A DNA stretch of 64,000 bases, from the NCBI GenBank assembly GCA_934273635.1, contig CAKQSV010000008.1:30-64029 (forward strand). The letters run 5' to 3'. Each line of letters starts with the position of its first letter. Positions within the stretch are counted from its first letter, which is position 1. This document shows, piece after piece, positions 39,484 to 49,373 of this stretch. Made by a program: the position numbers and the translations under genes. Under the pieces are notes generated by a model that was given only the letters and a program-made list of their open reading frames with translations, was not told the origin of the DNA and made no database searches. Source of the DNA: an uncultured Alphaproteobacteria bacterium (lineage in GTDB: Bacteria > Pseudomonadota > Alphaproteobacteria > RF32 > CAG-239).

Positions 39484-39993
39484 TTATTTGTCCTCATCCT
39501 CAACCTCGTCATTATTATAGACGGCGCTTTTTGACATGGTGACAATCAAGTCAAACAAATATTTAGCGGCTTTGCGGTTGGGGATTTTGTAATAAGCTTT
39601 AACCAACTCAATCGTTTCTTGACGGAGCATGGGATCGGCGTTGAAGTCGGTCTCATCTTCTGCCAAAGATAAGTCAGCGTCACTGCCAAGGCTGAAAGTA
39701 CGCGGGCTTTGGCTGGCAACCTCTTTGTCCATATCCTCATAAAAGAAGCTGATGGGGGCTTCTAAAACCTTGCTGATGTCCCACAGGCGACTGGCGCCAA
39801 CGCGGTTCATACCTTTTTCATATTTTTGAACCTGTTGGAAAGTCAAGCCCAAAAGGCTCGCCAATTTCTCCTGACTTAAACCAAGCAGGGTACGACGCAG
39901 GCGGATTCTGTTGCCTACGTGAACATCAATCGGATTGGGCTGACCAGTCGGCGTACGACCGCGGCAGGCTTTTCTTGATATATCAGAATTCAT
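39484..39993 (-). CDS. XRE-family HTH transcriptional regulator (conserved alphaproteobacterial lnt-adjacent regulator)
   Basis: HTH LGLSQEKLASLLGLTFQQVQKYEKG; position next to lnt. Confidence 0.8.
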   Translation of the reverse strand: MNSDISRKACRGRTPTGQPNPIDVHVGNRIRLRRTLLGLSQEKLASLLGLTFQQVQKYEKGMNRVGASRLWDISKVLEAPISFFYEDMDKEVASQSPRTFSLGSDADLSLAEDETDFNADPMLRQETIELVKAYYKIPNRKAAKYLFDLIVTMSKSAVYNNDEVEDEDK

Positions 39994-40111
39994 GTTTTAG
40001 CACCTCGTTGGCAAATCTGTAAATTAATTTTTAGGCATTTCGTAACCTCGATTACATAATATTTTATATTACGAAAAATGCAACGATTAATTTTATATTT
40101 CTTCTTTGTTC

Positions 40112-41653
40112 TTATATAATTATTCTTTTACGACAATTAAAGAGCATTGCAATCAAAATGTTGATAAAACACAATGTAAGCGTTAAAAGCCCGCCAAAAC
40201 GGTTGAATACTGTGGATATTTGCAAGTCTCGGGGTAAGGTGACATCTAGAATCGCGCTTTGATTCAGGTCAAGAGAGCTGATGACACGTCCGGTGCGGTC
40301 TATAACGGCGCTGATGCCGCTGCCGGCGCTGCGTACAATGGTTAATCCTTCTTCAACGGCGCGGAGGCGGGTGCTGACCAAATGTTGATATGGTCCGGCG
40401 CTGATGCCGTACCAACCGTCGTTGGTGAGATTGAGCAGCCACTCGGGTTTAGAATCGGAGTCGATAATTTGGTGCGGAAAAATAATCTCGTAGCAAATTT
40501 GAATCCCAAACGGCGGCAGATTCGGCACTTTTAAGGTTTGAGGTCCGTTGCCGGAAAGAAAGGTGCCGATGGTGTTGGCTATCGGTCGAATAAATGTTGG
40601 CAGGTATTCACGCAGGGGAATATATTCACCAAAAGGAACCAGATGGCTCTTGTCATAAGAGGCTTCAATTATGCCGTCTGCGTTGATGACTAAAGATGAG
40701 TTGAGCGGTTTGTAGCCGCCGTAATAATCAGTTTGGTAGCGGATAACACCGGTGGTCAGGTAACCCCGCGGATTGATAATGGGTTGTAATTGCCGCATGG
40801 CTTCGGGGTCAGAATCCAGACTATAAGGACTGGCGGTCTCGCTCCAAACCACCATATCGATATTATCCAACGGCTGACTGCGGGTGAGGTTGATATATTG
40901 CTCAAAGTGTTGCTGGCTCAACTCGGGCGACCATTTTTGTCCTTGCGGAATGCTCGGTTGTACCAGACGGATGGTGATGTCGCCTTGCGGGGAGTTTAAC
41001 TGCGTCAATCGCCAATGCCCGAATCCCCACATGAGGGACGGAACAAGGATGAGAATCGCAACGGTGCTCCAAGCCGTTACACGGCGGAGGTCGGTGAGCA
41101 ACAGTGCCGGAGCGGCGGTCACGGCTATCAGTGCAAAAGAAAGCCCATACGTTCCAAAAATCGCGGAGCTTTGCAATAATTCATCGCTGAACGCCAAACA
41201 ACTGCCCCACAGATTCCATGGAAAACCGGTCAAAATCCAACTGCGAATCCACTCAAAAACCACAATCCAACTGCATAGGGACAGGTATCGACCGAATCGG
41301 CTACGGATAAGGCTTGCCAATAAGGCTGGCAGACCGATGAACAGACCAAAAAACGCGCCCGAGGCTAAAAACACAATCGGAATCAGCCACGCGGTTTGCT
41401 CCGGATTAATCAGCAGGGCGTTGTTTATCCAAAACAGACCAAAGGAAAAAAAACCGAACCCATACCACCAACCGAGTTTGAACGCTTGCTTGTGGTTGTC
41501 GGCACTAAACAACAGCCCCAGCAAGCCACTGAAGCTCGCAAACAGCAAATACCAGTGATAAAACGGCGGCAAGGCTTGCACCGCTAAAGAGCCTAGCGCC
41601 CATGCGGTCAGGTTGCGGTGTTTTTGAAAAAAACGGGTGAGAGTTTGCAACAT
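40112..41653 (-). CDS. lnt: Apolipoprotein N-acyltransferase
   Basis: Polytopic N-terminus plus CN-hydrolase domain (…WSET…, ICYE). Confidence 0.9.
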   Translation of the reverse strand: MLQTLTRFFQKHRNLTAWALGSLAVQALPPFYHWYLLFASFSGLLGLLFSADNHKQAFKLGWWYGFGFFSFGLFWINNALLINPEQTAWLIPIVFLASGAFFGLFIGLPALLASLIRSRFGRYLSLCSWIVVFEWIRSWILTGFPWNLWGSCLAFSDELLQSSAIFGTYGLSFALIAVTAAPALLLTDLRRVTAWSTVAILILVPSLMWGFGHWRLTQLNSPQGDITIRLVQPSIPQGQKWSPELSQQHFEQYINLTRSQPLDNIDMVVWSETASPYSLDSDPEAMRQLQPIINPRGYLTTGVIRYQTDYYGGYKPLNSSLVINADGIIEASYDKSHLVPFGEYIPLREYLPTFIRPIANTIGTFLSGNGPQTLKVPNLPPFGIQICYEIIFPHQIIDSDSKPEWLLNLTNDGWYGISAGPYQHLVSTRLRAVEEGLTIVRSAGSGISAVIDRTGRVISSLDLNQSAILDVTLPRDLQISTVFNRFGGLLTLTLCFINILIAMLFNCRKRIII

Positions 41654-41680
41654 AGAATCCGGTGCTTTCGTTGTGTTCGG

Positions 41681-42217
41681 CTAATCCATATCCTGATAAG
41701 GGTTGGCAATGTTCAAAAGATTAAGAATCCGAATCTCAAAGTTTTCCATGTGTTCGGCGTCGTTGTCCTCAATATGGTCATAGCCCAAAAGGTGCAGGAC
41801 GCTGTGGGTCAGCAGATGGCAAAAATGGTCGCGCAGGCTGATGCGTTTGAGCTCAGCTTCGCGTTGCATGGTCTCAAGCGCAATAATCATATCGCCCATT
41901 TCAATTTCAGGCTCGGCGGCGACCATATTGTCAAAGTCTTCGTCATCAATGTTGGCAAAAGACAAAACATTGGTGGGCTTGTCCATGCCTCTGAACTCGC
42001 GGTTGAGAGTGTGTACCTCGTCATCGTTGCTGAGGCAAAGATTGAACGTCAACGGCTTGCCTAAGGCAAAAAAGTCGAGCGGTTCGTTGTCGTTGACAAA
42101 GTTGACCGCAAGGGAGACAACTTGTGAGCCCAATTCTTCTAAATCGGGTAAAGCGGTCTCCCACAGCGGTTCGTTTATGCTCAGGTTAAGGTTGGTATTA
42201 ATCATGTTTTTTGTCTT
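41681..42217 (-). CDS. ybeY: rRNA maturation endoribonuclease YbeY
   Basis: HxxxHxxGxxH motif (HSVLHLLGYDH). Start trimmed to the Met at 42217 to avoid the long overlap with phoH; alternative starts at 42205 or 42259. Confidence 0.85.
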   Translation of the reverse strand, partial: KTKNMINTNLNLSINEPLWETALPDLEELGSQVVSLAVNFVNDNEPLDFFALGKPLTFNLCLSNDDEVHTLNREFRGMDKPTNVLSFANIDDEDFDNMVAAEPEIEMGDMIIALETMQREAELKRISLRDHFCHLLTHSVLHLLGYDHIEDNDAEHMENFEIRILNLLNIANPYQDMD

Positions 42218-43148
42218 CATAAGCCTTAACGATTTTGGCAACCAAACCATGGCGGACAACGTCGTTGGCGCTAAAGGTTACCGAGCCGATGCCGTTGACG
42301 TGCGACAGGGTGTCAATCGCGTCTTTAAGACCGGAGATAACACCGCGCGGCAAGTCAACCTGACTTAAGTCGCCATTGACAACCATACGAGAGTTTTCAC
42401 CCAGACGGGTTAGAAACATTTTCATCTGCATGGGAGTGGTGTTTTGTGCCTCATCCAAGATGACAAAGGCATTGGACAGGGTACGTCCGCGCATAAACGC
42501 CAACGGAGCAATCTCAATCTCGCCCAAGGCCAGTTTTTTATCAACCTGTTCAGCCGGCAACATTTCGTACAAGGCGTCATATAAAGGGCGCAGGTAGGGG
42601 TCGACTTTGTCTTTGAGGTCGCCGGGGAGAAAACCTAAGTTTTCACCGGCTTCCACTGCCGGACGAGACAAAATAATCTTGTCAATTTTGCCTTCCAACA
42701 TCATCGAAACAGCCAATGCTACCGCCAAATAGGTTTTACCGGTACCGGCAGGGCCTAAGCCGAAGACCATCTCGTTTTTCATCATCTCTTGGATGTATTG
42801 CGCTTGGGTGGCGGAGCGAGGATAAATGTGGCGTTTTTTGGTTTTGAGCACAATTTCGCTCAAGTTTTCCGAGACTTCTTTTTCGCGTCCGTCGCCACAC
42901 ATTCTGACCGCGGCTTTAACTTCTTGCTCATTGACGGCAATGCCGCGGCTGACTTTGTTATAAAGCAGCTCAATAGCGTTTTTAGCCTGCTCAATGGCGT
43001 CTTTGTCGCCGGTAATGTTCATTTGGTTGCCAAACGAGCCAATCTCAACGTTAATCATCTGCTCAATCAGTTTGAGGTTGCAGTCTTGCGGACCGACAAG
43101 CTGTTGAACCAGTTGATTGTTGAATAATTCAAAATTCAGTTCTGCCAT
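42198..43148 (-). CDS. phoH: PhoH-like ATPase
   Basis: Walker A GPAGTGKT; PhoH family. Confidence 0.9.
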   Translation of the reverse strand: MAELNFELFNNQLVQQLVGPQDCNLKLIEQMINVEIGSFGNQMNITGDKDAIEQAKNAIELLYNKVSRGIAVNEQEVKAAVRMCGDGREKEVSENLSEIVLKTKKRHIYPRSATQAQYIQEMMKNEMVFGLGPAGTGKTYLAVALAVSMMLEGKIDKIILSRPAVEAGENLGFLPGDLKDKVDPYLRPLYDALYEMLPAEQVDKKLALGEIEIAPLAFMRGRTLSNAFVILDEAQNTTPMQMKMFLTRLGENSRMVVNGDLSQVDLPRGVISGLKDAIDTLSHVNGIGSVTFSANDVVRHGLVAKIVKAYEDKKHD

Positions 43149-43164
43149 GATATTATCCTCCTGT

Positions 43165-44496
43165 TTATATCAGCTCGCCGCTCAAAGAGTTGGTGGTGGC
43201 TTCGGTTACTTTAATGTTTACAATTTTATTCAAATAAGTTTTATCAAGTTTGGCATGCAGGTTTTGCATATACGGGGTGCGACCGACCAGTTGTTCGGCA
43301 TGGCGACCTTTGCTCTCAAACAAAACCGGCATGGTTTTGCCCAGACATGAGTTGTTGAATTGTTCTTGCAATTCAAATAAGCGCGCTTGCAAAATCTCAA
43401 GTCGTTCTTTTTTGACTTTTTCTTCAACCTGATTGGGCATTATGGCTGCGGGTGTGCCGGGGCGCTTGCTGTATTTGAACGAAAACGCCTGAATATATTG
43501 CACGCGGTTGACCACATCCATGGTGTCTTGAAAATCTTTATCCGTTTCTTCCGGAAAGCCGACAATGAAGTCAGACGACATCCGCACATTCGGGTTGGCG
43601 GTCATTAACTTGTCAACCACACAGAGGTAGTCGTCTTTGGTGTGGCGGCGGTTCATGGCTTTAAGCACTTTGTCAGAACCAGACTGAATCGGTAGGTGCA
43701 GGTATGGCATTAATTGCGGCAGGTCGCGGTGGCAGGCTATCAGCTCATCGGTCATATCTGCGGGGTATGAAGTGGTATAACGCAGGCGTTGCAGACCATC
43801 AATCTCGGCTAAGCGGCGCAGAAGATAAGCCAAATCACGCTCTTTGCCGGACTGGTCTTCACCGTGGTAGGAATTGACGTTTTGCCCCAAAAGATTAATT
43901 TCCAATGTTCCGGCGGCAACCAAGCGACGCGCTTCGGCAACGACTTGCTCAATCGGGCGAGAGTATTCAACGCCGCGGGTATAGGGTACAACGCAATAAG
44001 TGCAGAAGTTGTTGCAACCTTCCTGAATTGCTAAAAATGAGCAACCGCCTTCAGACTGATTTTCGGGCAGAAAGTCAAATTTTGATTCGGCGGGGAACTC
44101 GGTGTCAATGATGGTGTTGCCGCGGGCGCGATAAATACGCGCCAAAATTTCGGGAATACGGTGATAGGTCAGGGGACCGGTGGCAAAGTCGACAAACGGG
44201 GCGCGTTTGGCGATTTGTTCATCTTCAGCCTGAACCACACAACCACAGACGCCAATGACGGTATCTAAGCCTTGTTTGGCTCGTTCGTTCTTAATCAAAA
44301 GAGCGCGTCCGAGGTCGGAAAAGACTTTTTCCGCCGCTTTTTCACGAATATGGCAGGTGTTGAAGATGATGATGTCGGCGGTCGACGGAGAGGAAGTCTC
44401 TTCGTAACCTAAGGACTGTAAAATATCGGCAATGCGTTTTGAATCATAGACGTTCATTTGGCAACCGAAGGTTTTAATATAATATTTTCTACTCAC
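43165..44496 (-). CDS. miaB: tRNA-i6A37 methylthiotransferase
   Basis: MSRKYYIKTFGCQMN; radical SAM CNNFCTYC; TRAM domain. Confidence 0.95.
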   Translation of the reverse strand: MSRKYYIKTFGCQMNVYDSKRIADILQSLGYEETSSPSTADIIIFNTCHIREKAAEKVFSDLGRALLIKNERAKQGLDTVIGVCGCVVQAEDEQIAKRAPFVDFATGPLTYHRIPEILARIYRARGNTIIDTEFPAESKFDFLPENQSEGGCSFLAIQEGCNNFCTYCVVPYTRGVEYSRPIEQVVAEARRLVAAGTLEINLLGQNVNSYHGEDQSGKERDLAYLLRRLAEIDGLQRLRYTTSYPADMTDELIACHRDLPQLMPYLHLPIQSGSDKVLKAMNRRHTKDDYLCVVDKLMTANPNVRMSSDFIVGFPEETDKDFQDTMDVVNRVQYIQAFSFKYSKRPGTPAAIMPNQVEEKVKKERLEILQARLFELQEQFNNSCLGKTMPVLFESKGRHAEQLVGRTPYMQNLHAKLDKTYLNKIVNIKVTEATTNSLSGELI

Positions 44497-44682
44497 AGCG
44501 GTCTCAAATTTATGGTTAATATATCTGTTTAGTTTAAGTTAATATTCGGATTTTTTCAAATGTTATTTGTGGTTTTTGCCGAAATATTCCGTGTTTGGCA
44601 AAGGTTGTGCGCTTTTTTGTTGCGAAAGTTGTTTTTATAATGGTATCATAACCTCAGTTTAGTGAGAATTAGGGAGCGAATT

Positions 44683-45129
44683 ATGACGGATGTAAATGTG
44701 GATATGGATGCGAATTGTGTGAAAATGCTCAGTGAAGAGCAAAAGTTGGTGTTTTTGCGGGTGTTTGCAAAAATGGCAAGCGTGGACGGGCATTTTGACG
44801 ACTGCGAGAAGTTTTTTATTAAAAATATGGGTGTTTGTTTCGGGCTGAGCGATGATAAAATTGAAACCGCGCTCGCCAATATGGACGAAGAAGAAATCAT
44901 CAAACAGGTGGCCGAGATTAAAAACCGCCGCGTGGCGCTGGAGCTGATTAAGGAAATGTGTATGTTGGCGCACGCCGATGATGAAATGACCGATGACGAG
45001 ACAATGTTTATCGGCAGGGTTGGTTTGGCAATGGGCGTCGAACTTGAAAAAATTGAGCAAATCAGTAATTGGGTGATTGACCGATTGATTTGGCTTGATG
45101 AAGAAAAAATTATTTTTGAAGAAGTTTAA
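44683..45129 (+). CDS. TerB-like (tellurite-resistance TerB family) domain protein
   Basis: ASVDGHFDDCEKFFI...AHADDEMTDDE pattern; AGGGAG RBS before ATG 44683. Confidence 0.6.
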   Translation: MTDVNVDMDANCVKMLSEEQKLVFLRVFAKMASVDGHFDDCEKFFIKNMGVCFGLSDDKIETALANMDEEEIIKQVAEIKNRRVALELIKEMCMLAHADDEMTDDETMFIGRVGLAMGVELEKIEQISNWVIDRLIWLDEEKIIFEEV

Positions 45130-45156
45130 GCCGCTGAAAGTGAAAGGAAAAAGCTG

Positions 45157-46161
45157 ATGGAAGATATTGCTGCACGCCGTTTGAGTTATTTGCGCCGTTT
45201 GAACGAGTTTAACCGCTCGGTCAATGCCCAAAACGTTAAGCCGCCGAGGGAGATGATTGCCGCGGGTGTGCGCAAAAGCACGGGTATCAGTGATGACAAG
45301 ACGGTGGCGGAGCTGACCAATCGCGCGCTGAAAGGCGAAAATTATGTGAAAAACGGCGACTATGACACGTTTTTGTTCTCAATAGCCGAGTCTTTGGAAA
45401 ACACACGTTGCGAAACCACCTCGCAAAACGAGTATTTTACTTGGATTGACGAGGGTGAAACGATTATGAAACACATGACCGACGGTTTTGTGGACGCGGC
45501 GGACTTGGCCGAGAAAGAGAACTTTATTAAAGATTCTTATCAGCGCGAGGCCGAGCTGTTGACCTGTTTGGGATTGTATGAGAAGAGTAATAATCCGTTG
45601 GCCAAAAAGCGTCATCAGGAGCTGATGATTAAGTTGCAGCGGTTGCGCCAAATTCGCAGCGCGTTGGAAAACGGTACCAAAAAAGTGGCAGATAAAGAGC
45701 CGTTGACGCCAGATGAACAAGCCAGAATGCGGGCAACGGTGCAGACGCTTGAAGATATTCGCGAGGCGGACGAGCGCGGCGATTATCAAAATGCCGATAT
45801 TTTACAGCGGATGCAAGAACTGCATTTTGCACATACGGCCGATGTGGAATTTTATGCCGGATATAGTTTTTATACCCGTTTGTTGGAGGAGCAACGCCGC
45901 GCCGAGGCTCAAAATCAGGCTGAGTTGGAGCAGGTGAACGCTTATGCTGAGCATCCGGATGAATATTTGGTGATGTTGCGACACAAAGACGACAGCCGTG
46001 ATGCTGTGCGCGAGCGTATTCTGCGCCTGACCGGACGCAAAGCTCCGCAGGAACAACGCCAAGCCTCAATTGATGATGCGGCTATGCGGGCACGGCATTT
46101 TGACGCGCAAAACTTTTTGCGGCTGAAGAAAATGCGTGAGGAAGAGGAATATCGGCGGTGA
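45157..46161 (+). CDS. Hypothetical charged helical protein (334 aa), same operon as the TerB-like gene
   Basis: 27-bp gap after the TerB-like gene; AAAGGAAAAAG RBS. Confidence 0.55.
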   Translation: MEDIAARRLSYLRRLNEFNRSVNAQNVKPPREMIAAGVRKSTGISDDKTVAELTNRALKGENYVKNGDYDTFLFSIAESLENTRCETTSQNEYFTWIDEGETIMKHMTDGFVDAADLAEKENFIKDSYQREAELLTCLGLYEKSNNPLAKKRHQELMIKLQRLRQIRSALENGTKKVADKEPLTPDEQARMRATVQTLEDIREADERGDYQNADILQRMQELHFAHTADVEFYAGYSFYTRLLEEQRRAEAQNQAELEQVNAYAEHPDEYLVMLRHKDDSRDAVRERILRLTGRKAPQEQRQASIDDAAMRARHFDAQNFLRLKKMREEEEYRR

Positions 46162-46254
46162 TATTTTTGTGAATCATCACAAAGAAATGTTGCCAATTTG
46201 CGGACGGTGTTTTATATAATTTAACTGAGTTTTGTTTTTTTAGGAGATATTCTA

Positions 46255-46554
46255 ATGGGTGTTATTGTTGAGCCTTTTGTTTATGTGTTGGCTTTTTTGG
46301 TCGATATTTATTTTAAGGTTGTGGTGGTTGAAGTTGTTTTGCATTGGCTGATTCATTTTAAGATTTTGGAAGCCGACAACAAGTATGCCAAGAAGACTAT
46401 GGAAATTTTGGAACAACTGACCGCGCCGGTTTATGCTAAAATCAGCGCTAAAATGCCAAAGTTGGCCGGTATTGACGTTTCGCCGTTTGTGCTGTTGTTG
46501 GGCTTGATGTTGATCAGCCGCATCCTGCACAATCTGGGCGAACTGTTCATGTAG
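46255..46554 (+). CDS. yggT: YggT-family membrane protein
   Basis: Small 2-TM protein (YggT/Ycf19 family). Confidence 0.7.
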   Translation: MGVIVEPFVYVLAFLVDIYFKVVVVEVVLHWLIHFKILEADNKYAKKTMEILEQLTAPVYAKISAKMPKLAGIDVSPFVLLLGLMLISRILHNLGELFM

Positions 46555-46563
46555 ACCGACGCG

Positions 46564-46878
46564 TTGGTTTATGACACTTTAAATGATGGGATTTTGTTGC
46601 GAGTTAGGCTTATGCCTAACTCGTCTTGTTGTCGTTTAAACGGCGTTTTTACGGATGCTGAGGGTGCGGCGTATTTGAAAATATGTATTGTCAGCGTGCC
46701 GGAGAAAGGCAAGGCCAACAAAGAGTTGTTGGCCTTGTTGGCAAAAAAGTTGAGAACGGCAAAGTCGGCGTGCGAGATTGTGAGCGGAGAACTTGACCGC
46801 TACAAAAAGATTAAAATTTCGGGTGAGCCTGAGAAAATACAACAAAGTTTGGAACAATGGCTGGCGGGAGAAAATTGA
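46564..46878 (+). CDS. yggU: DUF167 (YggU) protein
   Basis: ...ILLRVRLMPNSS...LKICIVSVPEKGKANKEL... typical of DUF167; follows yggT. Confidence 0.7.
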   Translation: MVYDTLNDGILLRVRLMPNSSCCRLNGVFTDAEGAAYLKICIVSVPEKGKANKELLALLAKKLRTAKSACEIVSGELDRYKKIKISGEPEKIQQSLEQWLAGEN

Positions 46879-47723
46879 TGACGGCACAGATTATTGACGG
46901 TAAGAAAATTGCCGCGGAATTGCGGAAAGAATTGGCGCTTAAAATTGCACAAGACGGCGCTAAGCCTAAGTTGGCGGTGATTTGGGTCGGTAACAACGAG
47001 GCCAGTCGGGCTTATGTGCGCAACAAACAAAAGGCTGCGGAAGAAGTCGGCATTGCCTGCGATGTTTATCATTTGGCGGAGGATGCGGAAACGCCCGAGC
47101 TGATGATGTTGATTGAACGCTTGAATATGGACAGATTGGTGAACGGCATTATCGTGCAATTACCTTTGCCGGCGCAGTTGCATGAAGGGCAGATTTTGGA
47201 GGCTGTGCGTACGGATAAAGACGTGGACGCCTTTAAGCAGATTATGACCGGCGCTTTGTGGCAAAACAAGGCGGTTTGGGCTTCGGCTACGCCGCAGGGG
47301 ATTATCCGTTTGTTGAAGACGGTGTGCGATGATTTGAGCGGCAAGCACGCGGTGGTTATCGGACGTTCGAATATTGTGGGCAAGCCGGTGGCGGCGCTGT
47401 TGCTTAATGAAGACTGCACGGTGACAATTGCGCACTCTAAGACGGTTAATTTGCCACAGTTGGTGCGCGAGGCCGATATTGTGGTGGCGGCGTGCGGCTG
47501 TCCGAAAATGGTTAAGGCGGACTGGGTTAAAAAAGGCGCGATTGTGATTGATGTGGGCATTACCCGCGTGGACGGCAAGTTGTGCGGCGATGTTGATTTT
47601 GACGAAGTGGCGGAAGTTGCCGATGCGATAACTCCTGTTCCCGGGGGCGTGGGGCCGATGACGGTGGCCATGCTGTTGCAAAACACCTACACAGCCTATC
47701 TAAAACAGATTGATAGCCTGTAA
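46878..47723 (+). CDS. folD: Bifunctional methylene-THF dehydrogenase/cyclohydrolase
   Basis: MTAQIIDGKKIA...; NAD(P) motif GRSNIVGKP; the ATG overlaps the yggU stop (TGATG). Confidence 0.95.
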   Translation: MTAQIIDGKKIAAELRKELALKIAQDGAKPKLAVIWVGNNEASRAYVRNKQKAAEEVGIACDVYHLAEDAETPELMMLIERLNMDRLVNGIIVQLPLPAQLHEGQILEAVRTDKDVDAFKQIMTGALWQNKAVWASATPQGIIRLLKTVCDDLSGKHAVVIGRSNIVGKPVAALLLNEDCTVTIAHSKTVNLPQLVREADIVVAACGCPKMVKADWVKKGAIVIDVGITRVDGKLCGDVDFDEVAEVADAITPVPGGVGPMTVAMLLQNTYTAYLKQIDSL

Positions 47724-47780
47724 AAGGCAGAGGGCTGACTATATTATCTTGCAAGTGAAAAAATATTGCGGGGTAGTAAG

Positions 47781-48401
47781 ATGTTTAAAGCAGGAACAAT
47801 TTGCATTTTCAGTGAAGATACGGATTTGCTCTATGAACAAGCGGCGCGATTGCAAGACAAAGGGTATTTGGTTTTTGCAACATCCAATGTCTATAAGTTT
47901 GTAAAATATACATGGGAGCTACAGCCGGAGCTGTTGGTAATTGATGTTGACGCTTCGGCGTTGAACGACCGGCGGGTGCAGGCCTATTTGCGGCGCTATC
48001 ATACTTTATATCGTCGACCGATACTTATGGTGGGCAGGCGGTTTGACCGTTGTTATCACGGTATTGCCCACTATTTGCAAAAACCTTATTCTTTGGCGAT
48101 GTTTGATGATATTGTGGAGAGCTATTGCGGCGGGCACAAGCAACATGATGTGTTGTTGATTGATGAGTGCGATAGTCGTGACGAGCGGATTAAAGATGAG
48201 ATTAATCGCCAACATTTGTCGTTTTTTGAGGTCAGCGACGCCGAGGCGGCACGCTATTATTTGATGAAAAATCATCCGAAGTGCGTCTGCTTAAATATGC
48301 CGTATGATAAATGCGCGGCAATGGAAGACAAGTTTCCGCATGAGAAAATATTTTTTGTTGAAAACTATAAACAAGTTAAAAATTTAGCTGGGCTAATCTG
48401 A
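47781..48401 (+). CDS. Hypothetical protein with a degenerate receiver (REC)-like N-terminal domain
   Basis: ICIFSEDTDLLYEQAARLQDKGYLVFATSNVYKFVKYTWELQPELLVIDVDA resembles a REC fold but lacks the canonical DD pair. Confidence 0.4.
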   Translation: MFKAGTICIFSEDTDLLYEQAARLQDKGYLVFATSNVYKFVKYTWELQPELLVIDVDASALNDRRVQAYLRRYHTLYRRPILMVGRRFDRCYHGIAHYLQKPYSLAMFDDIVESYCGGHKQHDVLLIDECDSRDERIKDEINRQHLSFFEVSDAEAARYYLMKNHPKCVCLNMPYDKCAAMEDKFPHEKIFFVENYKQVKNLAGLI

Positions 48402-48448
48402 TTTATGTTGTTATACCTCAGTTATGCAAAATAATTGAGGTATTGAAA

Positions 48449-49045
48449 ATGAATTGGATGAGCCGTTGGATACATCAGGTTTATGATGGAGTGTTGGCAT
48501 TGTCAACCAGACAAAGCGCCATGTATTGGTTGTTTGCGGTGGCGTTTGTTGAAAGTTCGTTTTTTCCTATTCCGCCGGATATTATGATTATCCCGATGGT
48601 GTTAGCCGCGCCGGAGCGGGCGTGGAAAATTGCAGGTTGGGCAATGATCGCCAGTGTGGTGGGCGGTTATTTCGGCTATGCTATCGGGATGTTCGGTTAT
48701 GAGGTTATTGCCAAACCGCTGATTGCATTTTACGGTTACACGCAGGCGTTTGCCGAGTTTAGCGACTATTACCACGAGTGGGGAGCTTGGATTGTGTTTT
48801 TTGCCGGCTTAACGCCTTTTCCTTATAAGGTTATCACCATCACCAGCGGGGTGTTGGGGCTCAATCTATGGGTGTTTGGGGTCGCGTCGATTTTGGCACG
48901 CGGATGTCGGTTTTATCTGATTGCGTTTTTGCTCAAGCGTTACGGCGCGCCGATGAAGATATTTATTGAAAAAAATCTCGGCATGTTGACCGTGGTGTTT
49001 GTATTGTTGCTGTTTGGCGGATTTTATGCCATTAAATATCTTTAA
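48449..49045 (+). CDS. YqaA/DedA-like (SNARE-associated) inner-membrane protein
   Basis: ...FVESSFFPIPPDIMIIPMVL... motif; multiple TM helices. Confidence 0.7.
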   Translation: MNWMSRWIHQVYDGVLALSTRQSAMYWLFAVAFVESSFFPIPPDIMIIPMVLAAPERAWKIAGWAMIASVVGGYFGYAIGMFGYEVIAKPLIAFYGYTQAFAEFSDYYHEWGAWIVFFAGLTPFPYKVITITSGVLGLNLWVFGVASILARGCRFYLIAFLLKRYGAPMKIFIEKNLGMLTVVFVLLLFGGFYAIKYL

Positions 49046-49051
49046 GGTTAA

Positions 49052-49085
49052 ACAAAAAGCTCTCAGTTGAGAGCTTTTGTTTTAG
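49052..49085. terminator. Bidirectional terminator (aaaagctctc-agtt-gagagctttt)
   Basis: 10-bp perfect stem between convergent genes. Confidence 0.7.
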
Positions 49086-49303
49086 TCTTTGTGGCGGAAA
49101 GTAATACGCCCTTTGGTCAAATCATAAGGCGTCATTTCAATATCAACTTTATCGCCAACCATAACACGGATGCGAAATTTGCGCATTTTTCCGGCTGTGT
49201 GCGCCAGAATTTCAACGCCGTTTTCCAACTTTACACGAAACATGGCGTTGGGCAATTTTTCAACAACTTCTCCGGTCAGTTCCAGAAGTTCTTCTTTACT
49301 CAT
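49082..49303 (-). CDS. infA: Translation initiation factor IF-1
   Basis: [29 protein letters not shown]...[10 protein letters not shown]... Confidence 0.95.
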   Translation of the reverse strand: MSKEELLELTGEVVEKLPNAMFRVKLENGVEILAHTAGKMRKFRIRVMVGDKVDIEMTPYDLTKGRITFRHKD

Positions 49304-49373
49304 TTAGTTTTCCTTATATCAAAACTTTTACGGGTTGCCTATGTATATAAATCAAAAAATGCGCTTTGGCAAT

